Assembly: GCA_963422265.1 (NCBI GenBank)
Contig: OY729416.1
Location: forward strand, 1,088,001-1,152,000
Direction of reading: 5' to 3'
Length of the DNA stretch: 64,000 nucleotides
From: Thermodesulfobacteriota bacterium
GTDB lineage: Bacteria; Desulfobacterota_D; UBA1144; Nemesobacterales; UBA2774
Shown: piece after piece, positions 40,849 through 52,921 of the stretch
How positions within the stretch are numbered: position 1 is the stretch's first letter
How the letters are laid out: each line of letters begins with the position of its first letter
Position numbers and translations under genes: made by a program
Notes under the pieces: generated by a model
What the model saw: only the letters and a program-made list of their open reading frames with translations
What the model was told of the DNA's origin: nothing
Databases searched by the model: none

Positions 40849-41304
40849 ATGGAAAAAGCTGCAAAATTTGAGATGGATTTTATGAGTATAGATGACCTGG
40901 ATGACATAATTACTATTGAAAACGCAAGCTTTCCCTCCCCCTGGTCAAAGAGGATATTTGAAAAAGAGATTAAAGCCTCTAACTCATATAAAAGGGTAGT
41001 CAGAATGAGCGGTATGGTCGTAGGATATATAGTTACGTGGATTATACGCGATGAAATTCACATACTGAACGTCGCCGTGCACCCAGACTTTAGAAACATA
41101 GGGATTGGAGAAAAACTCATAAGAGACTGCATCAATTACTCTTCCGAAGAAAACCTAAGATACGCTATATTAGAGGTCAGAATCTCCAACATGGCAGCAA
41201 AGAGACTTTACGAAAAGATAGGTTTCAAGGGTATGCAGTTAAGAAAAAAATACTACTCCGACACGGGTGAAGACGCCATAGTCATGGCGTATGAAATACT
41301 TTAG
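40849..41304 (+). CDS. rimI: Ribosomal protein S18 alanine N-acetyltransferase
   Basis: SFPSPWS, HILNVAVHP, LEVRISN, YYSDTGEDAIVM. Confidence 0.9.
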   Translation: MEKAAKFEMDFMSIDDLDDIITIENASFPSPWSKRIFEKEIKASNSYKRVVRMSGMVVGYIVTWIIRDEIHILNVAVHPDFRNIGIGEKLIRDCINYSSEENLRYAILEVRISNMAAKRLYEKIGFKGMQLRKKYYSDTGEDAIVMAYEIL

Positions 41305-41311
41305 AAATCGG

Positions 41312-42295
41312 CTAGTTTTTCCTCTCTACAATGTAATCCGCCAGTAGTCTTAGCGAATTTCTATAAGGACTATCAGGTAGTAGGATAAGAGAGCTTTTCG
41401 CTTTATAGGCAAGGTCGCTCGCAATGCACTTTGTTCTTTCAACCCCTTTATACTTATCTACAATCTCACGAACAAAAGCCCCCTCGTCCTTATCAAGACC
41501 CTCATTTTTTACGAGTATGTTATCTATCCTGGATCTCTCAGTGGCGGATGCCTTCTCTATAGAGTAATAAAGCGGGAGGGTCATCTTATTCTCAATTAGG
41601 TCTTGACCTATATTCTTTCCGGATTCCTCTTCGGTAGAGCAATAATCAAAGACATCATCAATAAGCTGAAAAGCAACACCCGCATTAAACGCGTACTGCT
41701 CAATGGATTTTTTTACATTGTCCTCGGCTCCTGCAAGAATAGCCCCTATTCTCCCACAACTTTCTATAAGAGAAGCTGTTTTATGCTCTATTATCTTAAA
41801 ACAAACTTGCTCAGAGACGTCAATCATGCTCCTTGCACTCATTACCTCAAGCACCTGACCCTCAGCTAGCTTAGCGGAAGCGTCCGTAACGGCTTTAATG
41901 AGCTCCAGGTTGCCACACGACTGTATTAAACCAAGTGCTTTGGTCAACATGAAATCTCCAACCAGAACAGTAGGCTTATTTCCCCAAACCACGTTAGAAG
42001 CTGTCTCTCCTCGCCTTAAGTTAGCACCATCTACGACGTCATCGTGAAGCAGCGTGGCAGTATGAATAAGTTCAACTCCCGCCGCTGAGCATATTCCCTC
42101 CCTTCCGTTTAATCCACCGCACGATCCACTTGCAAGTAATAAAACCGAGGGACGAAGCCGCTTGCCGCCGTTTCCGAGCAAGTACCTAGAAATTTCATAA
42201 ACCAAAGGAACAGAAGACTGAATGCTGCTTTCAAGCTGTTTCTCAACCTCTTCAAGGTCAGAAGCGACAACTGAAAGAATATTGGAGAAACTCAT
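41312..42295 (-). CDS. ispB: Polyprenyl (octaprenyl) diphosphate synthase
   Basis: GGKRLRP, LLHDDVVD, FQLIDD. Confidence 0.88.
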   Translation of the reverse strand: MSFSNILSVVASDLEEVEKQLESSIQSSVPLVYEISRYLLGNGGKRLRPSVLLLASGSCGGLNGREGICSAAGVELIHTATLLHDDVVDGANLRRGETASNVVWGNKPTVLVGDFMLTKALGLIQSCGNLELIKAVTDASAKLAEGQVLEVMSARSMIDVSEQVCFKIIEHKTASLIESCGRIGAILAGAEDNVKKSIEQYAFNAGVAFQLIDDVFDYCSTEEESGKNIGQDLIENKMTLPLYYSIEKASATERSRIDNILVKNEGLDKDEGAFVREIVDKYKGVERTKCIASDLAYKAKSSLILLPDSPYRNSLRLLADYIVERKN

Positions 42296-42382
42296 TGGAT
42301 CTTTAAGCTATCTGAATGCTTTAAGTTAGTCAAAGTAGTAGGGGAAATGAGAGTTATATCTTGCAATGTATCCGCAGATTAG

Positions 42383-42414
42383 CACAGACATGTCCCCAAC
42401 CCGGATTGGGGATA
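42383..42414 (+). repeat. REP-like palindrome, copy B
   Basis: CACAGACATGTCCCCAACCCGGATTGGGGATA. Confidence 0.6.
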
Positions 42415-42829
42415 GACGCAAATAGCAGAACAGGTCAATCTAACTAATCTTTTGACTACGCTATATGAGGATTCTCGTATTTCTTGTAATTTACTATTGA
42501 ACTATAGAGCTGCATAGATATGGAATTGTCGTCTCGTAAAACCCCCTGGACGTTCATAAGAACGAGAATGTTGTAGATATACCGTTGAGTATTTTTTGTT
42601 GGTTTAGTTGCCCTTTATTAAGCTATACCTCCCAAGCGAACTCAACCACAAACTGGGAGACCTTTCTGATAGATGCTCCTTTGTGATTCCCTAGGGATCG
42701 CCCCCACAAATCAAACGAGGCGAAGTCCACAAGACTTGCCCTAACTTACTGTTGTTAGTTATCATAAAATACTCATAAGTATTGAGTTTCCGTTGCATCA
42801 ATTATTTTGTAAGGAGGGAAGCCCGTAGA

Positions 42830-43414
42830 ATGAACTGGTTAGATATTGTAATAATCGCAATTGCTATTATTTTCACCATCATCGGGCTAAGCGGAGGGTT
42901 TGTTAAGCAAATACTCTCGGCAGCTGCACTGATAGGTGGGATATTTACCGGACTAATATTTTACGATATCGCAGGAGGCATATTTATTAGCAATGGGCTG
43001 GTTGAGAATAAGCCAATAGCAAACACCGGTGGGTTTTTTATTTTAACGTTCATAGGGTATGGGATAATACAAATTTTTGCGTGGGCAATATCAAAACTCA
43101 TTGCCACTCTCAAGCTCAGCAGAACAAATAGGATGTGTGGAGCTATACTGGGCTTTATCATCGGAATCACCATAGTCTTCCTAATGACCTCTTTCCTTAG
43201 CCTATTTATATCCGATAAGAATCTACCCTTAAGAGAATCTAAACTCGTTCCACGTATAAACGCCACCTTTGAAGCCGTAACGTATTCTCTTCCAAAGGGA
43301 CTTGAAGCAGACCTTAAAAAGTCAAGAGAGCACATAAGAGAAAAGGGACTAGAAGCCGCAATAAAAATAAGGGATTCAAGATTGGAGGTAGATAGAAGTA
43401 AACCTGACACGTAG
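42830..43414 (+). CDS. CvpA family membrane protein
   Basis: MNWLDIVII...GFVKQ...NRMCGAILG...ESKL; AAGGAGG upstream. Confidence 0.85.
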   Translation: MNWLDIVIIAIAIIFTIIGLSGGFVKQILSAAALIGGIFTGLIFYDIAGGIFISNGLVENKPIANTGGFFILTFIGYGIIQIFAWAISKLIATLKLSRTNRMCGAILGFIIGITIVFLMTSFLSLFISDKNLPLRESKLVPRINATFEAVTYSLPKGLEADLKKSREHIREKGLEAAIKIRDSRLEVDRSKPDT

Positions 43415-43460
43415 GAAGCAGGTTAGGACTTTTCCTAGTAAATTTGGTAGTATAATCGCT

Positions 43461-44474
43461 ATGATTGGGATTCAAACTTTAGATGAGTTTATTATCAGAA
43501 AGCAAACGGAGTTTCCCTATGCAACAGGGGAATTATCCAGATTGCTACGCAACATCGCCTTAGCGGCTAAGATAGTCAATAGAGAAGTTAATAAAGCTGG
43601 ACTAGTAGATATAATTGGAGCTGCTGGATTCACGAACGTGCAAGGAGAAGAGGTAAAAAAGCTAGATGTATTAGCCAATCAAAGATTTATAACTTCGCTT
43701 GAATTGGGAGGACAGTGCTGTGGCATCGCCTCTGAAGAAAACGAGGGCTTAATAGTATTTGACGACAAATCATCGTCGCAGGGAAAATACGTAGTCGCAA
43801 TAGATCCGCTTGACGGGTCATCCAACATTGACGTTAACGTATCAGTCGGAACGATATTCTCAATATATAGAAGAATTACGCCGTCAGGAACCGCCTGTGC
43901 GAAAGAGGACTTTCTCCAAAGAGGATCCGCGCAAGCGGCGGCAGGCTACATAATATACGGTTCTTCAACCATGCTGGTCTATACCACTGGACACGGCGTC
44001 AACGGATTTACTTTAGACCCTTCAATCGGTGAATTTTGTCTCTCTCATCCAACCCTGAAAATACCTCGTAACGGAAGAACCTATTCCGTCAACCATGGGA
44101 ATTTCTACGGTTTTTCAGAAAGCATAAAACTGTTCATCAGATACTGCAGAGAAATGGATCAAGACAGCGGACGACCATATTCATTAAGATACATTGGCTC
44201 TATGGTAGCAGATATTCACAGAAACATAATAACAGGAGGAATTTTCCTCTACCCAGCCACTCACGACGCACCCCAGGGTAAGCTGAGGCTCCTCTACGAA
44301 TGTAATCCCATGTCATTCATAGTAGAGCAGGCCGGAGGAAGATCAACGGACGGACATAGGCGAATTCTGGACATTGATCCGAAAGAGCTTCACCAACGAA
44401 GCCCAATACTTATCGGCTCTGAGGAAATGGTTCTCAAGATCGAGGAATACATTAAAAATTCAGATATGAATTAA
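43461..44474 (+). CDS. fbp: Class 1 fructose-1,6-bisphosphatase
   Basis: [30 protein letters not shown]. Confidence 0.97.
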   Translation: MIGIQTLDEFIIRKQTEFPYATGELSRLLRNIALAAKIVNREVNKAGLVDIIGAAGFTNVQGEEVKKLDVLANQRFITSLELGGQCCGIASEENEGLIVFDDKSSSQGKYVVAIDPLDGSSNIDVNVSVGTIFSIYRRITPSGTACAKEDFLQRGSAQAAAGYIIYGSSTMLVYTTGHGVNGFTLDPSIGEFCLSHPTLKIPRNGRTYSVNHGNFYGFSESIKLFIRYCREMDQDSGRPYSLRYIGSMVADIHRNIITGGIFLYPATHDAPQGKLRLLYECNPMSFIVEQAGGRSTDGHRRILDIDPKELHQRSPILIGSEEMVLKIEEYIKNSDMN

Positions 44475-44673
44475 ATACAAACTGACGTTTATACCACACC
44501 GATCACGCTCGGCTATCCTGCATATATTGCAATCTAACCTGACGTAATCCTTGCCAGATTCTATAAAATTAGACATTCAGCATTCTTGAACTAGCCTACC
44601 TTGACATTCAAACGCCAGAATGTATTTTTTCAGGCGGTTTTATAAACGTTTGTAACAGCTAGGAGATAACTAT

Positions 44674-44889
44674 ATGAATACAAGGCTTGAGCTACTAATC
44701 CACGTTCCTACCCTCAATCAGGGCAAAGATGAAGAATGGGGCGATGACAATGATGAATTTGATGAGAGTGATGAGGAATCGTGGGACGAGGAAGACGAGT
44801 TTCTTGATGAGGATGAGTATGGCGAAGATTGGGAAGAAGAGATAGAAGACGATCTGGATGAAGATGAGGATGAAAAGATAATTAATTGA
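44674..44889 (+). CDS. Small highly acidic protein
   Basis: AGGAG RBS, TTGACA at 44601; 36 of 71 residues are D/E. Confidence 0.65.
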   Translation: MNTRLELLIHVPTLNQGKDEEWGDDNDEFDESDEESWDEEDEFLDEDEYGEDWEEEIEDDLDEDEDEKIIN

Positions 44890-45179
44890 GCTATTATAGA
44901 GATACCCTGCGCTCCCCCCCCCCTACTAATACGGCTAGGTCAGTTTAGGTTTCCTAGCGATAGCGGCAAATCCAACTAACGCTCCCCGTGCAAACGGCAA
45001 TTTCCAAAGCTTTAGATCATAAATAGACAAAGGAGAGTGCAGGGCCGGTATTGAACCATGTTATAATCAATTGTTTTAATGCACTTCATCGGTTCAATTT
45101 TGCAGTTATACCGTTAAAATACCGACAAATCTGTAAGCAAAATTTGGGATTTGAACCTGCACCAAAAAATTTTCTGATT

Positions 45180-48100
45180 CTAGTCCTTTTGCATTGAATA
45201 ATGGTAATAGACGCTTTGATCGGACGGTTGTCCAGACTCTAACACGGTAACTTCATCAACCCAGGACTGAAATTGCTCTAGTGTTTTTTCGTGCCGCCGA
45301 TTTAATTTGAAAACATTACAAATAAAGTCAACCGGGTCATTCGGCGACTGTTGTATAGCTAAGCGAGCTAGCCCTTTTGCTTCAGGGTGTGGAACTTCTC
45401 TCCAATCTCGCTCATCACCAAACGCATCGAGACCCCGCCAAGGAATCTCATCGGCCACATCTTCTGGGCTAGACCAAACCACCGGCTTACGATTACCGTA
45501 ACGTTTTATACCTGCCCAAGGTTTGATAAGGTCGGTGACATGACCCAATTGCTTTTTGCTTGTTCGAGACAACCCATGAAGATTCGCTATATCCAAGGCT
45601 AATTCATGGAGAGTGATGCCGTTCTTTTCTTCTAAAATACTTTTGGCAATTCCTATTAGCGTTGGCTTGTAATCGTTATCAAAATATCGTCTGTGATCAT
45701 ATTCACTAACGGTAGAGCTCGACAGGCTCTCCGAGACCTCGGAATCAGTTGCAGAAACGATATCCGAACTATCATCGACTACATCACATAGAACACTATC
45801 TGTTCCTGTTTGTTCTTGAGATTCGGCACGAGCGCTTGCTTCTTTTTCTCTCAACTCAGCTTTACGACGATACTCGGCCAGAATACCTCTCAGTCGATGA
45901 TCAATGCGTGATAAAGCCCCGTCAGAGTCCTGAAAATAGTCTATAGACCATAGTCGAATTAGTCTCCATCCAAGGTTTTCTAGAATGATATGACGTACTC
46001 GGTCACGGTCTCTAGCTGACGGTGAACCGTGATAGGTCGCGCCATCACATTCTACGCCCGCCAAGTACACACCTGGATAATCCGGGTGTACTACACCCAA
46101 ATCAACCCGAAACTTGCTGACCCCGATTTGAGTTTGTATCTTCCAACCTTTATCGCGCAAAGCCCCAGCCACTGCTTGTTCAAAATAGCTGTCGAACTGA
46201 TCCACGCCATAAGTGGCCGTCGATTGCTCAGCCAAGGCAATAGGTCCTCTCTCAGCAAATTCCAAATAGTGTTTCAGATGTTCTACCGCCTGCGCCGATG
46301 TCCAACTTAGATCTATCATTGAGGAGTCAAAACTTGAAAATAACAATATCTCGCTGGTTGCCCGGTTTATGGCAACATTCAATCTCCGTTCGCCACCAGA
46401 CTTATTTAACGGGCCAAAATTCATACTCATAGTGCGCCCACCCGGCTCGGTCGGCCCGTAACCTAAACTTAAAATAATGACATCCCGTTCATCACCCTGT
46501 ACGGACTCAAGATTTTTTACAAATACACCATCGTAGGTATCGGTGGATTGAAAGTAAGGCTCAATTTGGGGATGTTTGTGACGGGCGTCGTCCAACAAAT
46601 CCTCTACCGTACGTTGATGCTCAGTATTCAAGGTAACGACTCCTATGCTCTGTTTACAGCATTCGGGGTCGGTAAGGCGTTTAACAATTTCTTTAACTAC
46701 CTCTTTAGCCTCGATAGGATTATTTCGCCCCTTACCTTTGGCATAAACACCATTTACGCGGTGTAGAGTCACCGCAGAGTCTTTGGTATGCGAGGAGGGA
46801 TATGTAACAAGAGAGTTCTCGTAATATTTGCTGTTCGAGAAAGCTATTAAAGTTTCGTGGCGGCTGCGATAGTGGCCTTTTAATCGTAGATGAGGCAGTC
46901 GAGCTGCCAGCGCTTGATCCAAGATTGACTCGAGATCTTCTTCATCTGGATTATCCGCATCCACAGTTCTACTAAAGAAGTTAGTCGGTGGCATTTGCTT
47001 AGGATCGCCGACCACAATGACGTTTTTTCCTCTGGCAATAGCGCCAACGGAATCCCAAGTTGTCATTTGGGAAGCCTCGTCAAAAACAACCAGATCAAAA
47101 CCTTTAAAGTCAGAGGGAAGAAACTGTGCGACGGATAAAGGCGACATCATCATACAAGGACACAGATCCAATAAGTGCCTGCCCATCTCGTTAATTAGGG
47201 CACGTACGGGCTTATGCCTAGTTTTCTTTTGAAGCTCCCTAGCCAGTACTCCAAACTCCTTAGGGCTATCTTTAGCAAAAGGATCAGGTACTGTTTGTGC
47301 AGCAATGGCGGCAACATAAGCGCTGGTCGTTTCAGCAACTTCAGCATCAATTTGCCTAAATTCAGTTATCAGTTGTTCATGTGTTGATGCTTTAAACTGG
47401 CGTAGCTGGTCACAACTATCAATTAACTGCGGAGCAATCCAGCGACAGAAAGCTGTTAGTACCTGATCCTCAGCATCCTCAGTCAGAATACTTCTTGCCT
47501 CAAGCCCAATCGTCAATGCATTGAGCTGATAGGCTTCAACCGCCTCTTTAGCCGCTAGCTATTCATTCCATGCTTTAAATTTTGGAGCATTATCAATCAG
47601 CCCCTCTATAGCAGGGATTACCTGTTCAAAGGGCTCGCTTTCAGCAAAATGTAACTCTAGTTTCTCGACCTCAGCCGCTATAGCTACATAAGCATCCCAG
47701 CATTTTTTGAACTCATTCTTTTGGTTGATAAGCTTCGAACTATCGAGGAAATCACGCCCATCAACAAGCTTGGACTTAACTGCTGTAAGCACAACTGTAG
47801 GATCGTCAGTCAGACCACGTGTGTCCACCAAGGCTTTATGAGCTGCCTTTCCTCTTATGAAAGCCTCATTCAAACTATCATGTGTTTTATCCCAACCATG
47901 CCAAATATTATCCTCCTCAAAAGGTGGAGCTAGAGTAGTTATTGATTTTTGTAGACCTGTAGCCCTTTCAATACCGGATAGAATCTCCATATCACTGAAT
48001 TTTTCATATCCCAGTTTTTTGGCCGCTCCGTTGATTTTTATTTTCGCAAAGAAACGTTTAAGCCAACTTCCCTGTGCTTGACCATAGGTGGCTGCCCACT

Positions 48101-51092
48101 CGGCGATAGGAGTATTTGTCAATATCTCAGGCGAGATATTATGCCCAATAGCCTTTAGACTCTGATCAAATTCTTTCTTTGTTTCCCCTAGTTTTTCCAG
48201 ATCATTCAATAAACCCTGAACTCCCTTAGCAACAAGATAACTCAGTGGGTTAGATTCCGCTGAATCAATCAATTCTGCTAGAGAATTGATACGAGATATA
48301 TTGGCTAAGGTGTTTTCCCGAAATTCAATGTTGAAGTTTGAAGCTAAAATGGCCGCACTTGGGTACAGTTTGTTAAGTGTTAATTTATAGCGTTCGAGGC
48401 AATCCACCACACTGCTTTGCCAGGCATTAGACCAATTTCGTGCGCTCAAAATACGAAACTGAGCTGCATTAAGATGAGAAACATCATTATAGGCCAATGC
48501 TGCCATCTTGGCAGTTTTCAGCATTTTGTCGAGCTGGTCGTCAGTTTTCACTGGGGCCGCATCGAAGCCGAGTGGCCAGCCAAGTGCTAGAGTATGTTTA
48601 TTTCTGTAGAACACATCCCGCTCTATCGCTTCACGAGCAGATATCCCATAATTTGATTTTTTATGAAGTGCTTCGACAAAACTATTCAGGCGGTCGCGTT
48701 TCCCTTTAAGCGCCCGAACAGACTCTACCCATCCTTCGCTCTTGGCTTCTTCGTGTTTATCCGTCGCCGTTCGTAGCTGTTCAAGTACAGCCTTCTTATT
48801 TGCTTTGTTACTGTGGAGCTCCAAACATAAGTGATCAAGCCCTACTTTCTTCATGCGGCGGTATACCACATGAAGTGCAGCCATTTTTTCCGCAACAAAA
48901 AGTACCTTTCTACCTAGAGCCAGGTTGTGGCAAATAACATTTGCTATTGTCTCTGATTTACCGGTTCCTGGCGGTCCCTCCAATACAAAATCCTGTGGCC
49001 TTCCGGAAGCTTCTACTGCAACGAGTTGGGAGCTGTCACAGTTAAGAGGTGTAAAAACTTTTTCAGGGTTTACCTTTTCGTCTACCTCATCCGGCAACAC
49101 AAAGCTTGCATCTTGCACATAGGCATCTTGGGGATGATCAACCAAATGTTTAACAAAGGGGTTTTCTTTCAGATCGTCAATTCGGTCCTTTAAATCTTTC
49201 CACATCAGATACTTGGCGAAGGAAAAAGAAGCAAGCACAAGGTCTTCAACCACCTCAAAGCCTGGTTGTTCCGCTACCGCTGATCTAACGGTACTCCAGA
49301 CTGAATGCACATCAACACCGGACTCGTCTTCAGGTAACGTTTCACGAAACTGATTAAGATCAATACTGTGCTCGGCGCACAGAAATTCAATCAGCGTCAT
49401 ATTGAATATGGGTGTCTCATAAGGTATTTGACGCACTTTGACAGGGGCTCTGGCACTACTTCTGGTTAGCTCGGCGGGTATTAGTATCAGGGGAGCTCTA
49501 TATGACCTGTCATCTTTGGGGTTTTCTTTCCAGCGCAGCATTCCAAGTGCAAGGTATAAGGTATTTGATCCTCCTTCTTCTAGGTCATTTTTCGCTTTAC
49601 GTAGTAGAGTAATTGCATTCTGTTCCAGCTTTTTCCGGGGCATATTTACCAGAAGCACATTTTTCTTAAGCTGCTCCAAAGCGTACTCTTTGTGGATATC
49701 TGAACCAACCTGTAATCTAAACGTCTCCTCACTGCGTTCGCTGTCGTTTAGAGGACTCTCTTCTGCAGACAGAAATTTAAATGAAACGCCATCAGCCAGG
49801 CTATCTTCCATCGAGCCAATATCTGGGCAATAAAGCTTAATGGCTACCGCTCGATCCTTGAGTGCTAATAAAGCGTTTCGTTTAGTAAGGTCCAAGAGCT
49901 TCCGCTGCCAGGTATCGATGCGAGTGTCGGGTGTTTCTGGGATAACCTGCTCATTTGCCCTCACCGGCGGTAAAGGTGGGATAGGTGGTAAGCTCAAAGA
50001 ATAATCGGCATCAGAACTCTTTTCCTCCGGCTTTTCCTCAACAGTTGATAAAGGCTTTATCTTACAGGCTCTTGCTTGCCCAATGTCGATAACATAAACA
50101 AAATCGTCTTCCTTCTCTTCGCTAATCAACTCGCGAGCATACTCTTTGGCTTGTTCAAAAGTTACTGAAGCCGTATTGGTAACTAAGGTACTCTCAAACA
50201 GCACCATATCGCGGGCATCAACTCGCTTCCTAAGTTCCATCGGATCGTCATTGGTGAGCACTAGGAAACGCTCATCTATTAGCCAAACTCCGACAAAAGC
50301 ATGTTCTTTACCTAATGCAATTACCGGATTCAGTCCCATCAATTCAAGACAACTTGCAAAAAGTAGTGAAGTATCAAGACAAGCCCCTAGCTTAGATGCG
50401 CTGATATCAGTAGCCAATCTGATACGCTGGCCTTGACGGGCGAAACCCGGAGGGGGTGTCACATAGGCAATTTGCTGTGCAAAAATAACATTCCACAGAG
50501 CGGCAGCCATCATGTAAGGCTTTTCCCGAGTATTGGATTGATAGCCATCAGCACTCCGGCCATGCCCACTTTTTTCCAGTACTTCTGTAACCTGACGAAC
50601 TAAGGATTCGACGTAGACACCATTGGGTTTTACGAAAGCAGCTAAAAGCTCGGGCTGCCGGCTCTCACCACCCCAGTAATTAGCTGGTAGAACCGCTATT
50701 GATATATCTTTTCGCCAATAAACAACATTAGGGTCATCAGAAGGACAAACGGTTAACCTCCCCGTAAGCGTTATTTCCTCGGTCAGCTCAAAAAGGACGT
50801 TATGGGGAATACTCAGAGGCCGCTGTTGCAAGGAAATAGTCTGGCCAGGATTTATTTCATCTACAGGCCATTCTTCGGCGGCAAAAAATTCTGGTACTGC
50901 CGTCAATCTAACGACAAGGTCACGTAAAGGGCTCAAATCCTGTGAGATGTCGTTATCAGATGCTTGGTAATGTAAGCGCAGACTGCGAAATAGCGGGTAA
51001 GCATTTTGTTATGCAGCTAATGAAAAGGTAGAAAGATGCTCGACTTTTAGTGTTACTGGTGATTCGGTAATAACGGGTGAATCTATGCTCAT
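45180..51092 (-). pseudogene. DUF4011 + SF1 helicase + Vsr-like nuclease protein (Hhe-like), two in-frame stops
   Basis: One frame from ATG 51092: TAA at 51009-51011 and TAG at 47559-47561. Motifs WQRKLLDLTKRNALL, EGPPGTGKS, FDEASQ, GDPKQMPP, VQGDERD, RRLNVA, VECDGATYH. Confidence 0.88.
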
Positions 51093-52026
51093 TATTCCTT
51101 AATTCATTATTTTCAAATATTAACAGCCTGCTATTAATACTTACTAAATCTATGGTTATCTAAACATACCATTATTTATTGAAATGATCTTTATTTGAAG
51201 GCAACAAACAGGTACGGCTTGAATACAAGCACTTAATTAATAAATAGAGGCCTAAAAACAACATAAGGCATCCATAACTTATTGATTTTAAATAAAAATA
51301 TAGGCATGCAAGCATAATAGAGCTGAATTCAAAAATTTACCCGCATCTAGCGAATACATACTACCAGATACCAATTAGCAAATATTACGGGCCATCCAAA
51401 TGTCAGCGTCCAGCCAGGGAGTGTGGGGTTGGCTGCTAGCAGCCAACTGGGTCATAATCGTCGTCCACCGTCTCACCACCTGCCGGACTTGTCCAAGAAC
51501 CCTGTAATTGTCCAGTCCAATCAGCCTCTTTACCGAGGGCTTCCAAGATTACCTTTACAGTTAGCAGCGGGTTGCTGGCAATAGGAGCTTGGTACCTTCT
51601 TCAAGATACCATTTCAGGTGTTTTAGCTGGTACTGGTAGGCTCCTTCTACCTGAAATCTTGTCCATAGTAGGGCAGATATTAAGAGAGTATCCGATTGTA
51701 ATGCTCGTTAATTTTCTGCCTGCTGCCTTTAAACGGCGCTTCATTTGCGGGTCTAATAAACCGTAAATTGCCACAGAGACGGGTAACCCACTGATCGCCG
51801 CATTTTTCATTTTGAGTAATCACCTCATGGTTAACTAAGGGTTGAGTTAAGGGTTCAGTGTGTGAATGCAGAAATCCAGTTGGTTCTGATTCACGAAAAA
51901 GTGCCGTCAGTAAACTAATGGCACTTGCCTGCAACACAATTGCCATTGCAGGGCTTACGGTGCGACTAAGTCTGTAGTCGCCACAGTTCAGTGGGGCTAT
52001 TAAAGCAATTAGGTATCGGGCGCTCT

Positions 52027-52065
52027 ACAAAAAACCTTTCAGAAACAAAGAAAAAGGTTTTTTGT
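52027..52065. terminator. AT-rich hairpin, possible terminator downstream of the tRNAs
   Basis: ACAAAAAACCTTT ... AAAGGTTTTTTGT, 13-bp stem. Confidence 0.4.
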
Positions 52066-52238
52066 TGTGGTCTCCTTCCTGAATTGAACCGCAGATACCG
52101 TCAAAAGTACCGACAAATTTTTTGGCTGTTAATGGAAGTTAGAAGATTGGAGTAAACAGCAATAGATTTTTAACGTACTGTTTTTATTGAATTTTTTGTT
52201 TTTATCGGATTTCTTCGGACGTTATCGGAAGTGCCAAA

Positions 52239-52325
52239 TGGTGCCCGGGGCCGGACTCGAACCGGCACGGGCGTTAACCCGAGGGATTTTAAGTCCCTTG
52301 CGTCTACCAATTCCGCCACCCGGGC
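52239..52325 (-). tRNA. tRNA-Leu(TAA)
   Basis: GCCCGGGTGGCGGAATTGGTAGACGC..GGGACTTAAAATCCC..long variable arm..GGTTCGAGTCC..GGGCACCA. Confidence 0.97.
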
Positions 52326-52394
52326 ATTGGCTTATTACAACTGAATTAAGTTCAGCATAAGCATAGAATTGCATAATAGAACCTTATAAAAACA

Positions 52395-52469
52395 TGGAGG
52401 CGGCGCCCGGATTCGAACCGGGGCATTGCGGTTTTGCAGACCGCTGCCTTACCACTTGGCTACGCCGCC
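52395..52469 (-). tRNA. tRNA-Cys(GCA)
   Basis: GGCGGCGTAGCCAAGTGGTAAGGCAGCGGTCTGCAAAACCGC..GGTTCGAATCC..GCCTCCA. Confidence 0.97.
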
Positions 52470-52683
52470 TATGATACATTAAATACTATTCCATTATCTT
52501 ATTTTATCGTCATAAATTTCTTTCAATTAGGATAGATTACACAGCTCATACGAGTTATACCGAGAATGAATCTTTATATTGTGAACTTATTCTGAATGAT
52601 TTTTGAAAATTTTCAAGCATCATTATACGTAACTTCATAATCATTAAGTAGAAACCATGATAAAAGTGAAGTCTAACTTGAAG

Positions 52684-52711
52684 TTGACATTTAGAACGAT
52701 TTCCTTATTAT
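52684..52711 (+). promoter_or_regulatory. Putative pan operon promoter
   Basis: TTGACA-16 nt-TATTAT. Confidence 0.5.
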
Positions 52712-52756
52712 CTGTAATCTTTGTATAAAGTTAAGCAAAGGGAACTAGTATTCAAA

Positions 52757-52862
52757 GCCGCTTGGATCTTCATCCATAAGACCAAGACGGGAAGAAACTT
52801 TGGAACGATAAATAACCATAAATTAAGGACGGAACCAGCGCCGTGCCTCCAAAATTAGGCAA
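52757..52862 (+). ncRNA. pan-motif-like cis-regulatory RNA leader
   Basis: Bulged hairpin at 52758-52790 and GGACGGAACCAGCGCCGTGCCTC..AGGC directly upstream of panB, followed by a terminator. Confidence 0.6.
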
Positions 52863-52868
52863 ACTATC

Positions 52869-52905
52869 AAGCCAGTAGAAATATATGTTTCTATCTGGCT
52901 TTTTG
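52869..52905 (+). terminator. Intrinsic terminator/attenuator in the panB leader
   Basis: AAGCCAG-TAGAAA...TTTCTA-T-CTGGCTT then T-run. Confidence 0.75.
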
Positions 52906-52921
52906 CGTCTTAGAGAGTTTG

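Larger units (their letters stand above)
45037..52238. mobile_element. Degenerate integrase-less genomic island at the tRNA-Leu 3' end
   Basis: Matching repeats at 45108-45130 and 52095-52118; degenerate tRNA 3' copy at 45037-45057; defence-type cargo. Confidence 0.6.

Noticed and set aside
42450-42760. Possible decayed GxxExxY-family gene on the minus strand
   Set aside because: Only SIYQKGL and scattered residues fit, with many stops and shifts; cannot be supported without a profile search.
44914-44923. Poly-C tract as a phase-variation switch
   Set aside because: Lies between convergent gene ends, outside any ORF or evident promoter.
45180-51092. Stop-codon reassignment explaining the in-frame stops
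   Set aside because: TAG, TAA and TGA all end conserved core genes here (murI TAG, rpsI TAA, rplM TGA), and the lesions include different stops and frameshifts.
51360-52020. Island ORFs 51572-51946 as an integrase or other real genes
   Set aside because: Short overlapping frames with no recognisable motif; probably decayed coding DNA that I cannot identify.
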